Source: Lama guanicoe (taxonomy: Eukaryota). Taken from it: a stretch of 64,000 nucleotides of DNA. Every line of letters starts with the position of its first letter. The stretch's first letter is position 1. The notes under the pieces were generated by a model that was given only the letters and a program-made list of their open reading frames with translations, was not told the DNA's origin and did not search any database. This document shows, one piece after another, positions 11,506 through 24,112 of the stretch. A program made the translations under genes and the position numbers. The stretch is taken from contig MU054338.1 of assembly GCA_013239625.1 (NCBI GenBank), positions 3,681,371-3,745,370 on the forward strand, in the 5' to 3' direction.

Positions 11506-13358
11506 ATAAACTAGTTACATATACCAGATATAGCTAATAAACTACAGATAATCATAAGAAACACACCATGCAAAATCAAGCAGATCAACAGGTACAAGGA
11601 ATCCAGGAAGAAACAGGACAGATACAAAACACAGAGCAAGACCAGACTTAAACCTCACAATACCAGTGCGTGTTACATGCCAATGTTCCCGCAGGACAGG
11701 CAAAGAGCCTGACACACAGGAGCCCTGGCTCTGACCCCCCGACTTGGTAGGTCAATGTGAACAGACCATCTTCTCTCTCTGGACCTCAGTGTTCCCTAAC
11801 TGTGAGATACGGAGTGGGATCCATGCTCTCCAAGGTCCCAGCAGGGCCTGATGCACGTGTTTCTGCCTGCAGGGATGGAGGACCCCCGCTCTGCCTGCGG
11901 AGGAAAGCCCCGATCTGCCCAAAGCACCCCATACAGAGCCAAGGGTGGGTGACAGAGCCTCTGCTGACAGGGACACAGATGTCAGTTCACATCAGAGAGG
12001 AACCTTCACATTCTTCCCTCTCAAGGCCAGGGGGCTAAGCCCAAAAGGGGCCATTTGACCTTTCCATCAAACTCATTCTCCTTGCAAATGCATCACTTCC
12101 TATGACAGACAAACCCAAGTGAGAGCAGCTACCACAGAAAGCTTACGTGCCCCTTCATCCCACCCCCGCCCTCCAGCTCCTCACAGAAGCCTGTCAGTTC
12201 ATCTACTTTCAGACATTTGTCCCACCACGGGGCCTTTCTAAGTCTGGATGTTTTGGTCCAGATCTGAGCTCTGATGCAAACTCTCATAATTCAGCCTTTG
12301 ACCTAAATGTCACTTCCTCAGCAATGTCTGCTGAACCCACCTCCCAATTATAAATTAGGTCTTCCAACCATACACTGATGGCACGCTGTAATTTCCTTTA
12401 ATACACTTATTGCAACACGTGGTATGTATTTATTTCTTAAATAACCTTCCCCCAGATTAAGGTCTATGGTGACAGTGCCCTTGTATCCATTTGCTTCAGC
12501 TTGAGACTCAGTCCCTGATTCTAAATAAGCAAACTAATAGGTTTTGGCTTAGTAGTGTTCTAAGCACTTTGGAACGCTTCTATGGGGTCCTGTCTGCCCA
12601 AGTCCTTAATGTGTTCACCAACACCTGATCAGGTGACACAGACCTGAGCAGAGGAATGGCCTGGGTAGCCAGGATGACACAGCTGCCAAACCTCTGTCTG
12701 GGACGCCTGGAACTTCCTAATGCTGAGCGGTTCCACGCCTACTTCTCTCCCGGAGGGCCAGCCCACAGGCACCCAGAAGACCAGGTCACTATAACTTATG
12801 GTGAGACTGTTTCACTACCTAATTTAAAGACAAGAATCATTCTTAAATATTCCTTGGAAGGCTTTCAAATTGTATTACTTTCCTCCTGCCTCTGCCACCA
12901 GCATATTAGCTGATTTATTTTTAAGCCACTGTCCTGTGCCAATTCTCAAACTGTATACTTATGATGCTAGAAGACATATAGGAGCCAACTCTCCACTTAC
13001 TATCAAGGAAAAAGTACAGACTGTCAGGTTTAAGTTTTGAATTTGCCTGAAGATAGTTTCTTCAAGAGAAGCTAGAAAGAACAGCGGGGCATCCACACCA
13101 TAGCTTTCCTACACCTCTTCTGAGCAGCAGTCTAGCGCTCGATGAGCTCCACGTGTCATCCACTCCCGGCCGGAAACCAGGCTTACCACCCAAACTGGGT
13201 GGGCTCAACCCTCGGACCTTTCTGTTGTTCTTCTGCTTGTTTTCCCCCAACCAGAAACAAGAACCAGTAAAACTAACAAAGCAAGAATTAAGTTTCTAAA
13301 CTCTTATTTTTTAACGCCAAATCAAGGCGATGTGGCAGGATGTAAGGGGGGGGCATAC

Positions 13359-13459
13359 CTTTCCATATTTGCTGAAAAGGTTCTTCAGGTCTGTTGCTCG
13401 AGTTGTGGAAGACAGCCCACTGACCCACAGATTCCTACCGGAACCGCTGCCGACACGAC
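13359..13459 (-). CDS. SAFB2: SAFB2 coding exon 9 (RRM N-half, RNP2)
   Basis: [33 protein letters not shown]; 101 nt. Confidence 0.96.
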
Positions 13460-13986
13460 CTGAGGCAGGAGGCAGACGGTTATGCTTTGTCTCAGGGCAT
13501 AACAGCAAGCAAGACTGCAGCTCTTTCTTAAACCCTAACTAATTCCAATCTTGACTCTTGATTCAAGAACTTAATTACTGCCAACACACGAACAGAAGAC
13601 GAAAAAGCTGGACCACAGAAGCTGAGTCTCCTCACTTGAGGAATAATCACATCCATGTCAGTCAGAAACTGAAATGTCTTTCAATGATCAGTTTTCAACC
13701 AAAATAGCAGTTTCTAAAACTGTATTTTTCAATGAGTAGAAATATTCCTGTCCTGTAACAGGACTTTCATTACTCCATAAATGACAATCACACAGTCACA
13801 ATAAAGATACAAAGTACAGAAGCTCACTAACATTTAAAACTAGTCTCCTGAGATACCAATAGATAATTAACTCCAGTAATCCATAATAAAACCAACTACT
13901 GGATCCAAAATGTGGACACCCGCAGGCCCCTCCCTCCCAAAACAAGGGATCCTTAGGTGGTTCCTGCCACCTAAGTTAAATCATAC

Positions 13987-14036
13987 CTTTTTCATCTTTA
14001 ATGATTGGCTTTATATCTTTTTCTTCCTTAAAAGAG
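13987..14036 (-). CDS. SAFB2: SAFB2 coding exon 8
   Basis: SFKEEKDIKPIIKDEK; 50 nt; TAG acceptor, GTATGA donor. Confidence 0.9.
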
Positions 14037-14327
14037 CTAGAGACAAAAGTTAATGTTACTCATACACGAAAAAAACGAAAGAGAACTAAATCAAAAGTAT
14101 GGTATGTGCTAAAACTGAATACCTACCAGAAAATTAGTCTGAAATAAAATTTTAACAGGCACCTTTGCAAACTTATACTGAAAATCTGACCCCCCAAATA
14201 CAACATCAGATTCTTAAAAGTCAATTCGATTTAGCTGAAGGGAACACTTAACAATTTAAAAGCACAACCATAGTAGGTTGAGAAAAACAAAAGGAATTGA
14301 AATCACCCATTAAAGATACACAAAGAA

Positions 14328-15194
14328 AAATAAAACATTCTTTAGAAGTAAACTACAATTGCATCAGTCTGGCTGGCCAATTGCAGAACAAACAGCTTAT
14401 GTGTGTCATTAAACGACCAATGAAAAGGAGATAGCGTCTGGTCTAAAACTGAGAAAAAACAAACCTCATTTTCTGATCAGCGCCCTCACTGGCTGAGGAC
14501 TCTTTAGGAGCCGGAGGGACTTCATTACAAGCTTCAAAAGCAAACTTCTTCACGTCTTCTTTGCTATCCCTGGGCTCTGGGCTTGAGGCTTCCGGGGGCG
14601 CTTCCGCGGCCTCCTCGCCACAGGCTTCCGTGCGCTCTGGGGCTTTACTACTCTGCTCAACTGGCTTCTCTAGCCCTACAGGCTCACAGTCCGTCCTCGC
14701 GCCATCGCCTGTCTGCTCCACGGGCTCCCTTTTCACTACCGCTAACAGGGTGTCTGCCTTGCTCGACTGAGCTTGTGCTGTTGACTCGCTGGCCAAATCT
14801 AAATCACCCTCCTCCGGATGGGCGCTGCCAAAAAGGTCCTCTTCCTCCGCAAGCTTTCTGTCTGGCCCCACGCTACTTGTATCCTGTGCAAATGGCTGCT
14901 CCAGCTCGGAACCTTCTTCTTTTACTGGCTCAGATTTACAAGTTTCCCCCAAAATGTCGAGTATTTTCTCATTTTCTACGGATTTAACAGGAATAGAATG
15001 GCACAAGGTTTAATTACCAGGGAAATAAAGCAATCACAAATGCGGAACTGGCACGGCTGCCACACTAACACGAAGAGAACTGCTAGCTACACAGAGATTG
15101 GAAAACCCGCGGGTACACAAAGTTACACTGGTTACACTACCTGCTCTCCAACCGACTGCTAGAGTAAGCCTCTACGCTACATGGAAGAGAAAAG
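14328..15194. repeat. Left arm of near-identical inverted repeat (partner 43482-44158)
   Basis: Reverse complement matches the SAFB intron 6/exon 7/intron 7 sequence; ORF track shows identical 114-aa translations at 14818-15162(+) and 43514-43858(-). Confidence 0.95.
14465..14975 (-). CDS. SAFB2: SAFB2 coding exon 7 (large acidic exon)
   Basis: [22 protein letters not shown]...[12 protein letters not shown]; 511 nt; phase joins exon 6 to exon 8. Confidence 0.95.
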
Positions 15195-15885
15195 GCCCCC
15201 ACAGATTCAAACACCTACAACCGTGTGGCTGCTTCTCGACAGTCTTCTTTATGTTTTTGTTCAAGTCTGGGTCTTCGACTCATTTTCCCAATGTCCAAGG
15301 TGCTGAATCGAACGCAATCACCATTCACTGAACAGCTCAATTTCCAAATTTCTTTGAATTTCTTTTAACAGAACAGTCCAACATGAAAACCAGAATCTCT
15401 TCCGCCAGCAGGAGATAAACGCAGTCCAGAAGGGAAACAACATGTTGGAAATTTTCACGAAGAAACTCCGATTCCTCTTCTGGAATCCAGTCACTTCTCA
15501 GGTTACAAATGCCCTGACCACCGCTTTGTCCTGCCTTAACTGCATTAATCAAAACAACTGCGGCAAATATCACAAGATCTGTTTCATGTGTAGAAACACA
15601 TGGAAGAATCATGGGGGGGAAATTACTTAAATGCCACTCTATGTGGTTAGAGATGAAAATAATCACTACATCTCACCAAATATATTTGACCTCCACAAAC
15701 CAGAACGGTACTTCCACAGATCTGGTGATACGAATGGGTTTCCAATCTCTGATCCTTGTACGATCTGGATTGTCCACCATTAAAATAATTTACAAGACCA
15801 TACACAGCTTAAAATATATAGACAGCCTGGAAAAAATAGCAGGAAAACTTTCAAACCATAACTGTCGTGTTTCTCTTATCAGTAC

Positions 15886-15913
15886 CTGGCTCCAACAGAG
15901 GTTCTTCAATATC
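15886..15913 (-). CDS. SAFB2: SAFB2 coding exon 6 (28-nt microexon)
   Basis: DIEEPLLEP; matches SAFB exon 6 (EIEEPSLEP); donor GTACTG in both genes. Confidence 0.9.
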
Positions 15914-16853
15914 CTATTTAAAACAAAGAAAAGAAAAAGTAAATGCACAATGCATTTTAATAACTGGACAGAGTTCCCTAGCAGACACAACTTTCAATTA
16001 AATATGAATAAATGCTTGTTCCAAACAAGTGTTTCTCCACTCAAAACAGTGCATTTCATTCCATAATTCAACAAAGACAAGCTCATTTTGTCAGTTTCTC
16101 CCCAGCAAAAGCAGTTAGGCAGCAGGAATACTCAGCCCATCCATTTCCCCCCTTGGCGCTGGGCCACGTTAGGTCCAAGGGTAGTTCACCTAATGGCCCC
16201 TGTTACTGGCAAAGACTCCCACAGTCAAGGTAGAGGTCACACATCACACCAAACTAGAGAAAAATGTATTTTCCCCAATACAGAACTGTCATTTATAACT
16301 GGAACCTGTCAACAAAACCATTTCTCCACTCTGCTTAACACCTCTCCCTGACCCCGACTCTGCACAGTACCGAGGACCATCAGATTTCGGACCTCCAGGG
16401 TCAGGCCCACCTGCTCCTCAGCCCCACCCCAACCCCTGTCCCCACTCTAGATTCTCCAACACTACAGTGAGCCATTCTCCCCAAGTCTTCTTTTCCCCTT
16501 CACCTGACCAAGCTAACTGACTTGTCAGACGTTAATTTGAACAGAACTTTCTCTGGGAAGCCTTTTAGTGCTTTTGTAGCCCAATCACCTGAACTTCTAA
16601 CTTCTCCCTTGTGGAACTTCCCTTCTAGGTATGTTGTTGTTGGTCATTAACACCCTGCCCACTGGGCTGCAAACCCTGATGCTGACTAGTCTGGCTCAGC
16701 CTCTTATCCCCAGCACCTAGCTCAGGACCAATGCTCAATGCATTGTCTTACACACTTATGTCCGTGTGCGCACACACAAACTCTCTTTTCCACTATGGAA
16801 AATTAACCACTCACGTCAAGTTTCCAGCCATGTAGAACCAGCTGGTAACTTAC

Positions 16854-16916
16854 CGGAGGTACTTTGAAGTCCAATGACGAAGTATCCAAAGTGTTCTCGA
16901 AGCCTTCCCCGTCCAC
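16854..16916 (-). CDS. SAFB2: SAFB2 coding exon 5
   Basis: VDGEGFENTLDTSSLDFKVPP; 63 nt; polypyrimidine-CAG acceptor and GTAAGT donor. Confidence 0.92.
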
Positions 16917-17053
16917 CTGAAAAAAACTGGAAGATTACTTTGCGGAGACAGAATTATGAATGCCAAGGCCTACGCTTCACCACTTTCCAGGCCACCTTCA
17001 TGTCTATTTCCTTCACAGTATCAACTGCTATCTCCAAGTCCACTGGTGGATGA

Positions 17054-17330
17054 CAGCAGTCCCCCTTAGCCACAGGGAGTATGTTTGTTCCAAACCCCCC
17101 AGTGGATGACTAAAGCACCAGACCCTATATGCACTGTGTTTTCCCTACACTACAAAGCAGCAATGTGCATGCGTGGATAAACTGGACCAAGGGATGACCT
17201 GCATCCCAGGCAGGACAGTGCAAGGTGTCATCACACTACTGCACACTTTAAAACTAACTGTTTAGTATTTTTGGACTCCAGTTGCCTGCTGGTAACTGAA
17301 ACCTCAGAAGACAAAACTGGGGGGTAAGGT
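17054..17330 (+). mobile_element. TcMar-Tigger MITE (MER44-like)
   Basis: Starts CAGCAGTCCCCCTTA; internal GTGGATAAACTGGACCAAGGGATG and GGTAACTGAAACC match recalled MER44 consensus. Confidence 0.7.
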
Positions 17331-18583
17331 GTATTCAGTTTAACTCCTGCCTCCCTGTCCACTCTAGGACTGGGTGACACCAGCACCTCTTACAGTGGCT
17401 CACAGAGGGCTGGCGCTGTCAGTGCTAGCCAGATGAACAAAGAGGCAAATTCATTTCCCAGGCAGTTTCCACACGCTGGTGGTCAGCACATACTGCCCAG
17501 CCTCAGAACTTTCAAAGCAGACTTGAAAGCAAAATGAACTTCACGCTGCTCCCAGTTCACTTGGTAGTAACACAACACTTAAATTAACAATCACTGGGGA
17601 CTTTCTTCTACAGTATTATTTAAAACAAACACTTAACTTGTTTCCTCTTTTTATTATCTACTATACAGAAGGAAAACTGCTGTCTTAAAAGTTATTAAAT
17701 TTGAAGGCTTTTTACTTTTTTAAAGTGAGATACAAAAATATCCCTTCTCAAATATTTTTCTTTTTTCCTTTTCTAGGTTTGAAACTTATGACCTGGATGT
17801 TTCCATTAACTAAGACTTAGAAGCCAAGTCCATGCTGTAGAAATAACTAACACACAACAGGATCACGCTGAGATGACAAATCAAAGCTCGATGCTAGCGT
17901 AGGCTGAGTTGCAATGATTATCTGGAAATTGTGACTTTTGACCTTTGAAATTTAAAGTTCAGTCCTACAAGGGCACTTTTCTCCCAGTTTAAAGCTATGA
18001 TGCCTCGAGTAAATAAAATCAAACTAAGATGCCGGGAAAGCAGCACTGTAACAGAGCTAACCCCACCCTTACATGAAGCAAAGAGCGGACCCCTTTAATT
18101 GGAGTTCCTGTGGGGGTACAAACACTTTTCCTCAATGTATTTTGCATCTTTTAATATGCCTGTCTGAACTGATTTATGTATGGAAAACATTTTTTTTTAA
18201 ATATCAACAGGATTCTCTGGACGGTGAGATCATAAACTTTTTATTTTCTCATCTTCTACAGTTTTTTTTTTTAAGGAAAACACTTCTATCAACTGTGTCA
18301 GTCTTTCATTTTATAACTTGTGCTTAGAAAGCGTTTCCCACTCAATTATAAAAATATTCTCCATTACTACAGAGAAGTAATCCAGCAGTTAACATATGAC
18401 CTACATGGAGTGTAAATGGATATAATTTACCCCAAGGTTTAGACACTGGATTAGGTGTTATCTACGGTGACTGTGACTTAGCTGCCTATTATTTAACCCA
18501 TCACCAGTGTGTTCTGGCTGAGACGGCACACAGCATGAGGCACCCCGGGGCTGCAGACGCTGCCCCACATCTGAGTTACCTAC

Positions 18584-18787
18584 AGCATGTTCTGTGAACG
18601 GGGCGGGGAGCTCTCTCAGCTGTGCAGCCACGTATTCTTTGCTCTCGCAGAGGGACTCAAGAATGCTGTCAGCGCCATCTTCCCCGAAGTCTGGAGCACT
18701 GCTGTTCTCGACTCCAGCCTCTTCTAACACACTCACAGCCATCATGTCCATGTTCTGCAAGCTCTCCAAACTTGCTTCAATGTCCTC
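18584..18787 (-). CDS. SAFB2: SAFB2 coding exon 4
   Basis: EDIEASLESLQNMDMM...ELPAPFTEHA; 204 nt; in-frame donor GTAGGT. Confidence 0.92.
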
Positions 18788-18872
18788 CTGTGAAGACGAA
18801 TGAAAGGTGTTAATGACCAGGTGGACCACGACGTGGAGCTCCTGCCACCATCCCCACTGTGATGTCACATAC

Positions 18873-18937
18873 CTGTCCGTCTCTGGAATCTTCTTCCAAG
18901 CCATTGTCTTCTGTGCCTTCCTCCTCCATCTTTTGTC
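18873..18937 (-). CDS. SAFB2: SAFB2 coding exon 3
   Basis: QKMEEEGTEDNGLEEDSRDGQ; 65 nt, same size as SAFB exon 3; donor GTATGT. Confidence 0.93.
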
Positions 18938-19739
18938 CTAATTACAGAATAATTATTCAATCAGACAACACTCAGGTTTTGGCCTCATAATTAGCTGATC
19001 AAGGTGACACAGTTCAATCTTGGTGAGAACATATAAGGAAACTAAACGTGCCTGTTCTTCTACAACACATGGTTCGGTCTCAATTGGAACATGAAAATCT
19101 GAATTTCTGTAATACTATGAAAGTATTTTGATTTTAGACAAAATATCCAGACCATCAAAAGATTTCAAAACTACTCCAAACCAACATCCCAGAAGAAAAA
19201 TGAGCAAGAAGTAAACACAGGCACTTCTAAACTAAACTAAAAAAACTAAAAAACGTATGTTTAGACAGTACCCAAAGAACCACAACCAAAGCCAGCATGC
19301 TGGACGACAGATCTGCTGCGTCCCCTATGCCGCACCCATTGCAAACAGGCTCCCTGCCTTTCATCACTCTTTAGCCCAAGAACTTTCTGCAAGGCAAAAA
19401 GGTAAAGGCTACCATAAAGTCAGTGTTCATCCTGGGTTTTGTGACTGCAAAGCAACTATTGAGAGTTAATGCTAGGTATCCCCAAAAAGGATGATAGAGG
19501 AGGGTGGAAACTTCTTGACTCAGAATGGAAGTAAAATCTTTGGGTTCCCTATGTTTCAAAAGCCTTAAAAATGCACATAAATTTTATTCTGGAATTTCCA
19601 TTAGGATGTGCACCAAAATGACAAGAAATTAAAAACAAAGGTCATTTATTCTTTCGATAGAGTGTACACAGATAAAACATCCAAAAGGGAAGCAAACTGT
19701 GCTGCATTTTGTTCACATGCGGGACATGGGTATGGGGAG

Positions 19740-19920
19740 TCAGTGGGGTGTAATTTGGTGATGTCTGGAGACGTTTTTGATGTCACAGCTGGCAGTGATG
19801 TTTGCATCTAGTAGACAGTGACCAGGGATGCTGCCCAACACACCATGATTCACAGGACCGTGTTCTACCACAAAGCACTCGGTCCAAACTGTCAACAGTG
19901 TCAAGTCTGCAAAACCCTGT
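19740..19920 (+). mobile_element. MER20-like hAT element
   Basis: ATGTCTGGAGACGTTTTTG...CATCTAGT...CCAGGGATGCTGC...GTCAACAGTGTCAAG. Confidence 0.7.
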
Positions 19921-21887
19921 AGCATAACACACCTTTCTCAACTTAAAAAAAAAATGCTTTAAAGAATATTTAGTGATATGGGAAAACGTCCACAATGTTA
20001 CCCACATAGATCTATTTATACGTGCAAGTGTGAAGGTGCACTTGTATAACATACAGATGGATGTGACTAAGGCAATCCATCAGCCGTGGTTAAGGAACTG
20101 AGCTATAAGAGAGACTCTCATTTTCCCGTACATACTTTTAGATACTTTGGAAAATGTAAAAATTTTTTAAATGAGAAAATTAAATGTTAAGAAACTTCAA
20201 TCTTTGATTAAAGATGCCAACTGCAAAATCTACACCTTAAGCATCTCATTCCCCACTATCATCAACAATTTCTCACAAGAGGACATGTTGGACACTGTGC
20301 TCTTCACATTATTTAATACTCCCCACAATGCTAGCAGGTTTATCTTCAGCACTTGATACAAGAATTTGGTTCCACTCCAAAGCTGGGACTCAAAAACTAC
20401 ATCTGTACCATCTCCAATCATATCTAAACCCAGCATGTCCTTTGAAATGCACTGTTTAAAAATGATGTTAATAGGAGAGATGAAGCAAAAAGCTTCACCA
20501 AAAAACATCCTGAGTGGGAGTGGGAATGGCAGACAGGCTGCACCCCAATCCCAAGGGCCTGTCTTGGCTGACTAAAAGCTGGGGGGGGGAGGGTGGCTGC
20601 AGGGGACATAAACACCAGAAAATTAAATTTAATCCCTAACACAACCTAATTCAATTTTAATCTTTCAAAACATACCAACAGTTTCCAACAATTTTGCCTG
20701 TTTAGATGAGCTGGGGAGAGAACTCTTGTTCTGATTTACAACAAAATTTTCTCTCAGAAAAGTTTAGCTACCCTCTACTTTTGAAAGGTAGCAGTTACTC
20801 ATGAACTCCCAGAATTAGCCCAACTTTGTGGCAGATGCTGGGAATCTACTGGTTGATTCCTGCTAGTCTCGAGGACTTAATTTCATCAGGACACCATGAG
20901 GAGTACTTCTATTAACTAACCATGTGCCCGGACACCTCCAAAGAACACACTGGATCTGCAACCTGCAGGAGCTGTCCTCTGCCTCAGGACCCCAGCCACC
21001 TGTTTCTTCCCTGAGCTTTGGTGACTTCTCTGAAAAAAGAAGGGGAAGGGACCCGTGCCCTTCTAGTCCCAGATCCCACTTAGAGCTGTACTGGTACAAA
21101 CGCTCCCTTCATACCAATGGAACCAACTAGTATCAAGCTTTTCTGACAAAATGCTAACTCCAAATAGCTTTGATTTGACCTATGCTTTAACCCAGACATT
21201 CAGACAAGTATTTGAAGCACTCAGCTAAGGTTTAGTTTTTCTAATGATTCAAAGATCTGTTAGGAGCCAAGAATATTTTGATTAATAAGCTTTGAACCTC
21301 ACAACTCTAAATGAGCATCTACATAAAATTTTAAACTTTATATTTTAAATTGCTCCAGCTATTCAAAATCAGACTTTCAGATCGGATTTTTTGCTGGATA
21401 ACTTAACAGCAAAGCATAAAGAGGAATCTGTATGTCTCCTGCTATAGACCCATCTCTCGCAGTCTGTATTTGTTTGGATAGTCAGTGTTTACAACTGAAA
21501 TAAGGACATTTTGATGAGCAGCACACACACACCAATATTTTAAAATTTAAACTTAAAGCCCTTATGTAATCTAACTCGAAAGTTTAACCTTTCAAAACAC
21601 ATGCACAAGATTTAGTTAGATGAGTTCTGGAAAAGTTGTCTTGCTATGAAATCATTTCTTTTTACTTTCTAAGCAGTTGTATTCCATCGCCTGAAGTTGG
21701 CAGTTCTTTAGATGAATGGGACATGTACAGCTGTGAGAATTTTTGTGCTGCACTTTGCAAGAAAAACAAGCCCATCATACAGGAGCTTCAAATTATATTG
21801 TCCCTATCACAGTAAAATCGGACAATGGGGATGATAGCTAATGAGGTTTCAAAGTCTTATGGAATTAAATGCTTTCCAAAATAACTA

Positions 21888-22244
21888 TCAGCCATTAAAA
21901 GGAATGAAGCACTGATATGTTATACTACAGATGAATCTTGAAAACATGATGCTCAGTGAAAGAATCCATACACAAAAGGCCGTATTATATGATTCTATTT
22001 ATATGAAATGTCCAAAATTAGCAAATCCTTAGAGACAGAACCTCAATTAGATATTGCTAGGGGTGGGGGACGGGGACATGGAAATTGCTGATGGGCATGG
22101 GTGGTTCTTCTTGGGGTGATGAAAATGTTCTAGAATTAGAAAGTGGTGATGGTTGCATAGCTTTGTGAATACATTGAAAAGCACATTACATACTTTGAAC
22201 AGGTGAATTTTAGAGTAGGTGAATTATATCTGAATAAAAAAAAA
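21888..22244 (+). mobile_element. L1M 3' end fragment
   Basis: GCCATTAAAAGGAATGAAG...GATGAATCTTGAAAACATGATGCT...GAATTATATCTGAATAAAA poly(A). Confidence 0.8.
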
Positions 22245-22696
22245 TCATAGTGGTAAAACACAGGCTGAGTGCAAATACTCCAACAATCTATTCTGGACCC
22301 TAGAGAAGCTGGTCTCAGGTTGGTGCCGTTTTCCTTGGTTTAAGACCTATTTTTTGAACCAGGAAGGAAGCCAAGCAGACGCATTTGGTTGCTCAGACCA
22401 GCTGGGGCAGCTTTAAGAGTGTGCCTTACTCTAGTTCTTTTTCCAATGACAAGAGCTAAGATGTTTTCAGTATGTATTTTAATTTTACTTGGCACCCACA
22501 GATCTCTTTATTTCTCCCTAGGACCCTGACAAAGCTACACGTTAGGTGGTGAAAAAGCAAGCCTGTTAGATGGAGGACAGTCAGGACCAAAGGAGGTCTC
22601 CTGACTTGGAGGACAGGGAGAATGCTAAAATACCAGTTCTCTAGCTAAGCTCTCTAAAGGCGGAGCCTCCAAGCCGCAGTAAGTACAAGCGGATAC

Positions 22697-22784
22697 CTTT
22701 AACACATCTCTTTGCAGTCTTCTTGCTTGTGGCTTCCAACGCAATGCCAATTTCATCAGGATCCTGTCCTTCTTCCTTAACCGC
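22697..22784 (-). CDS. SAFB2: SAFB2 coding exon 2
   Basis: AG/GT flanks; AVKEEGQDPDEIGIALEATSKKTAKRCVK; 88 nt; paralogous to SAFB exon 2. Confidence 0.93.
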
Positions 22785-23926
22785 CTATTAGGAAGAGATA
22801 CATTTTATATTATTAAGAGCTGCAGGGCACACACTGTCCTCTGTAAGTAACAACTTCCCAGCAAACAAAGGCAAACCCTCCCGTGCAAAGAGCAACTCTG
22901 GTTCTGCGATCTGGGCTGCAAGCCCAAAATGCACAGGATGAACCCCGCATAACCTTACGGTTCTCTCTGCAGCCCTCACCCAAAAGACGAAGAGGTGTGA
23001 GAGTAGGGCTCCAGAATCCAGGGTCAGAGAATTCCAAGATGGCCCCTAACCTCCAAACTGCCTCTACTTGAAGTTAACAAGGTAACAGAGAGGCTGCACT
23101 GGTCTGGCATGGGCAAAGGGCTGACTGCTGTTCAACGGGCCACCTTTGACCTCTACGGAGAAAGAACACCAAACAGCTTGGGTAGGGAGAAGGCGGGTGG
23201 TTCCTCAACAGGTATCTAGTGCCTTCCGCAGGACTGGGACTCAGAGCTTAACTCACAAAGCCCCCACCCTCAAGGAGCTTGTTCTGACTGGGGAGACGAC
23301 AATCCAGCCCTCTCCTTCCCTCCCCAACTTTGTATTAAGTACTACGAGGTAACGCATAAACACAGGATGGGGCGATACAGAAAATCAAGGGGCTGGAGCA
23401 ACACTTAGGAAGGGTGGTCGGGGAGGAGACATCCCAGACGGACCCAAATGACAAGGCGCCAGCCAGAAGGCGACCTGGGAGAACACCCAGGCGAGGGGCA
23501 CGGCAAGTGCAAAGGTCCCGGGGCAAGAACAAGCACAGCCTTCTTTCCTGTGAAACCTCGAAAAAGCTTCAGTCAACCGATCCTCAGGGGGAGGAAACTG
23601 AGGCGCAGGGAAGGAAAGGCACTTATCCAAGGTCACACAGCCGAGCCTCAACCCGAGCCCCAGGAGGAGTCCCGGGGCCACCCAGGGGCTCAGTTAGGCT
23701 TTTGGAGCACCTGAGGCGACTGACTGGAGGGAGGGTAGAAGGCAAGACAGAGGCGGTGACGGGCCAAGGTCACACAGCCGGGCCCCCCGGTCCGTGACAG
23801 CTCGGGCAGGGGTCGGCCACAAGAGAAGCGGGCCGGGACGCCCCGGACCCAGGAGTCGCTGTGACAGGCCCGCGAAGGGGAGTGCCCCGGCCTCCTGCAC
23901 CACCTCGGGGCTCCGGGCCGCCTCAC

Positions 23927-24112
23927 CTTCTTGAGCCGCTCCATCAGGACGCTCTTGTTGCCGCCCGTGTCCAGGTTCCGCTTCTTCAGCTCCGCCCGCA
24001 GATCGATGACCCGCAAGTCGCTGAGCCGCCGCGTCCCGACCTCCGAGGCGCCCGAGATGACAGCGGCCGTGCCAGAACCCGAGTCGCCGGACCCTGCCAG
24101 AGTCTCCGCCAT
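23927..24112 (-). CDS. SAFB2: SAFB2 coding exon 1 (SAP/SAF box)
   Basis: ATG at 24112; [12 protein letters not shown]...[35 protein letters not shown]; donor GTGAGG; 186 nt. Confidence 0.97.

Noticed and set aside
14818..15162. Duplicated 114-aa antisense ORF (also 43514-43858) as a novel gene family
   Set aside because: Antisense shadow of exon 7/intron 6; duplicated only because the DNA tract is identical
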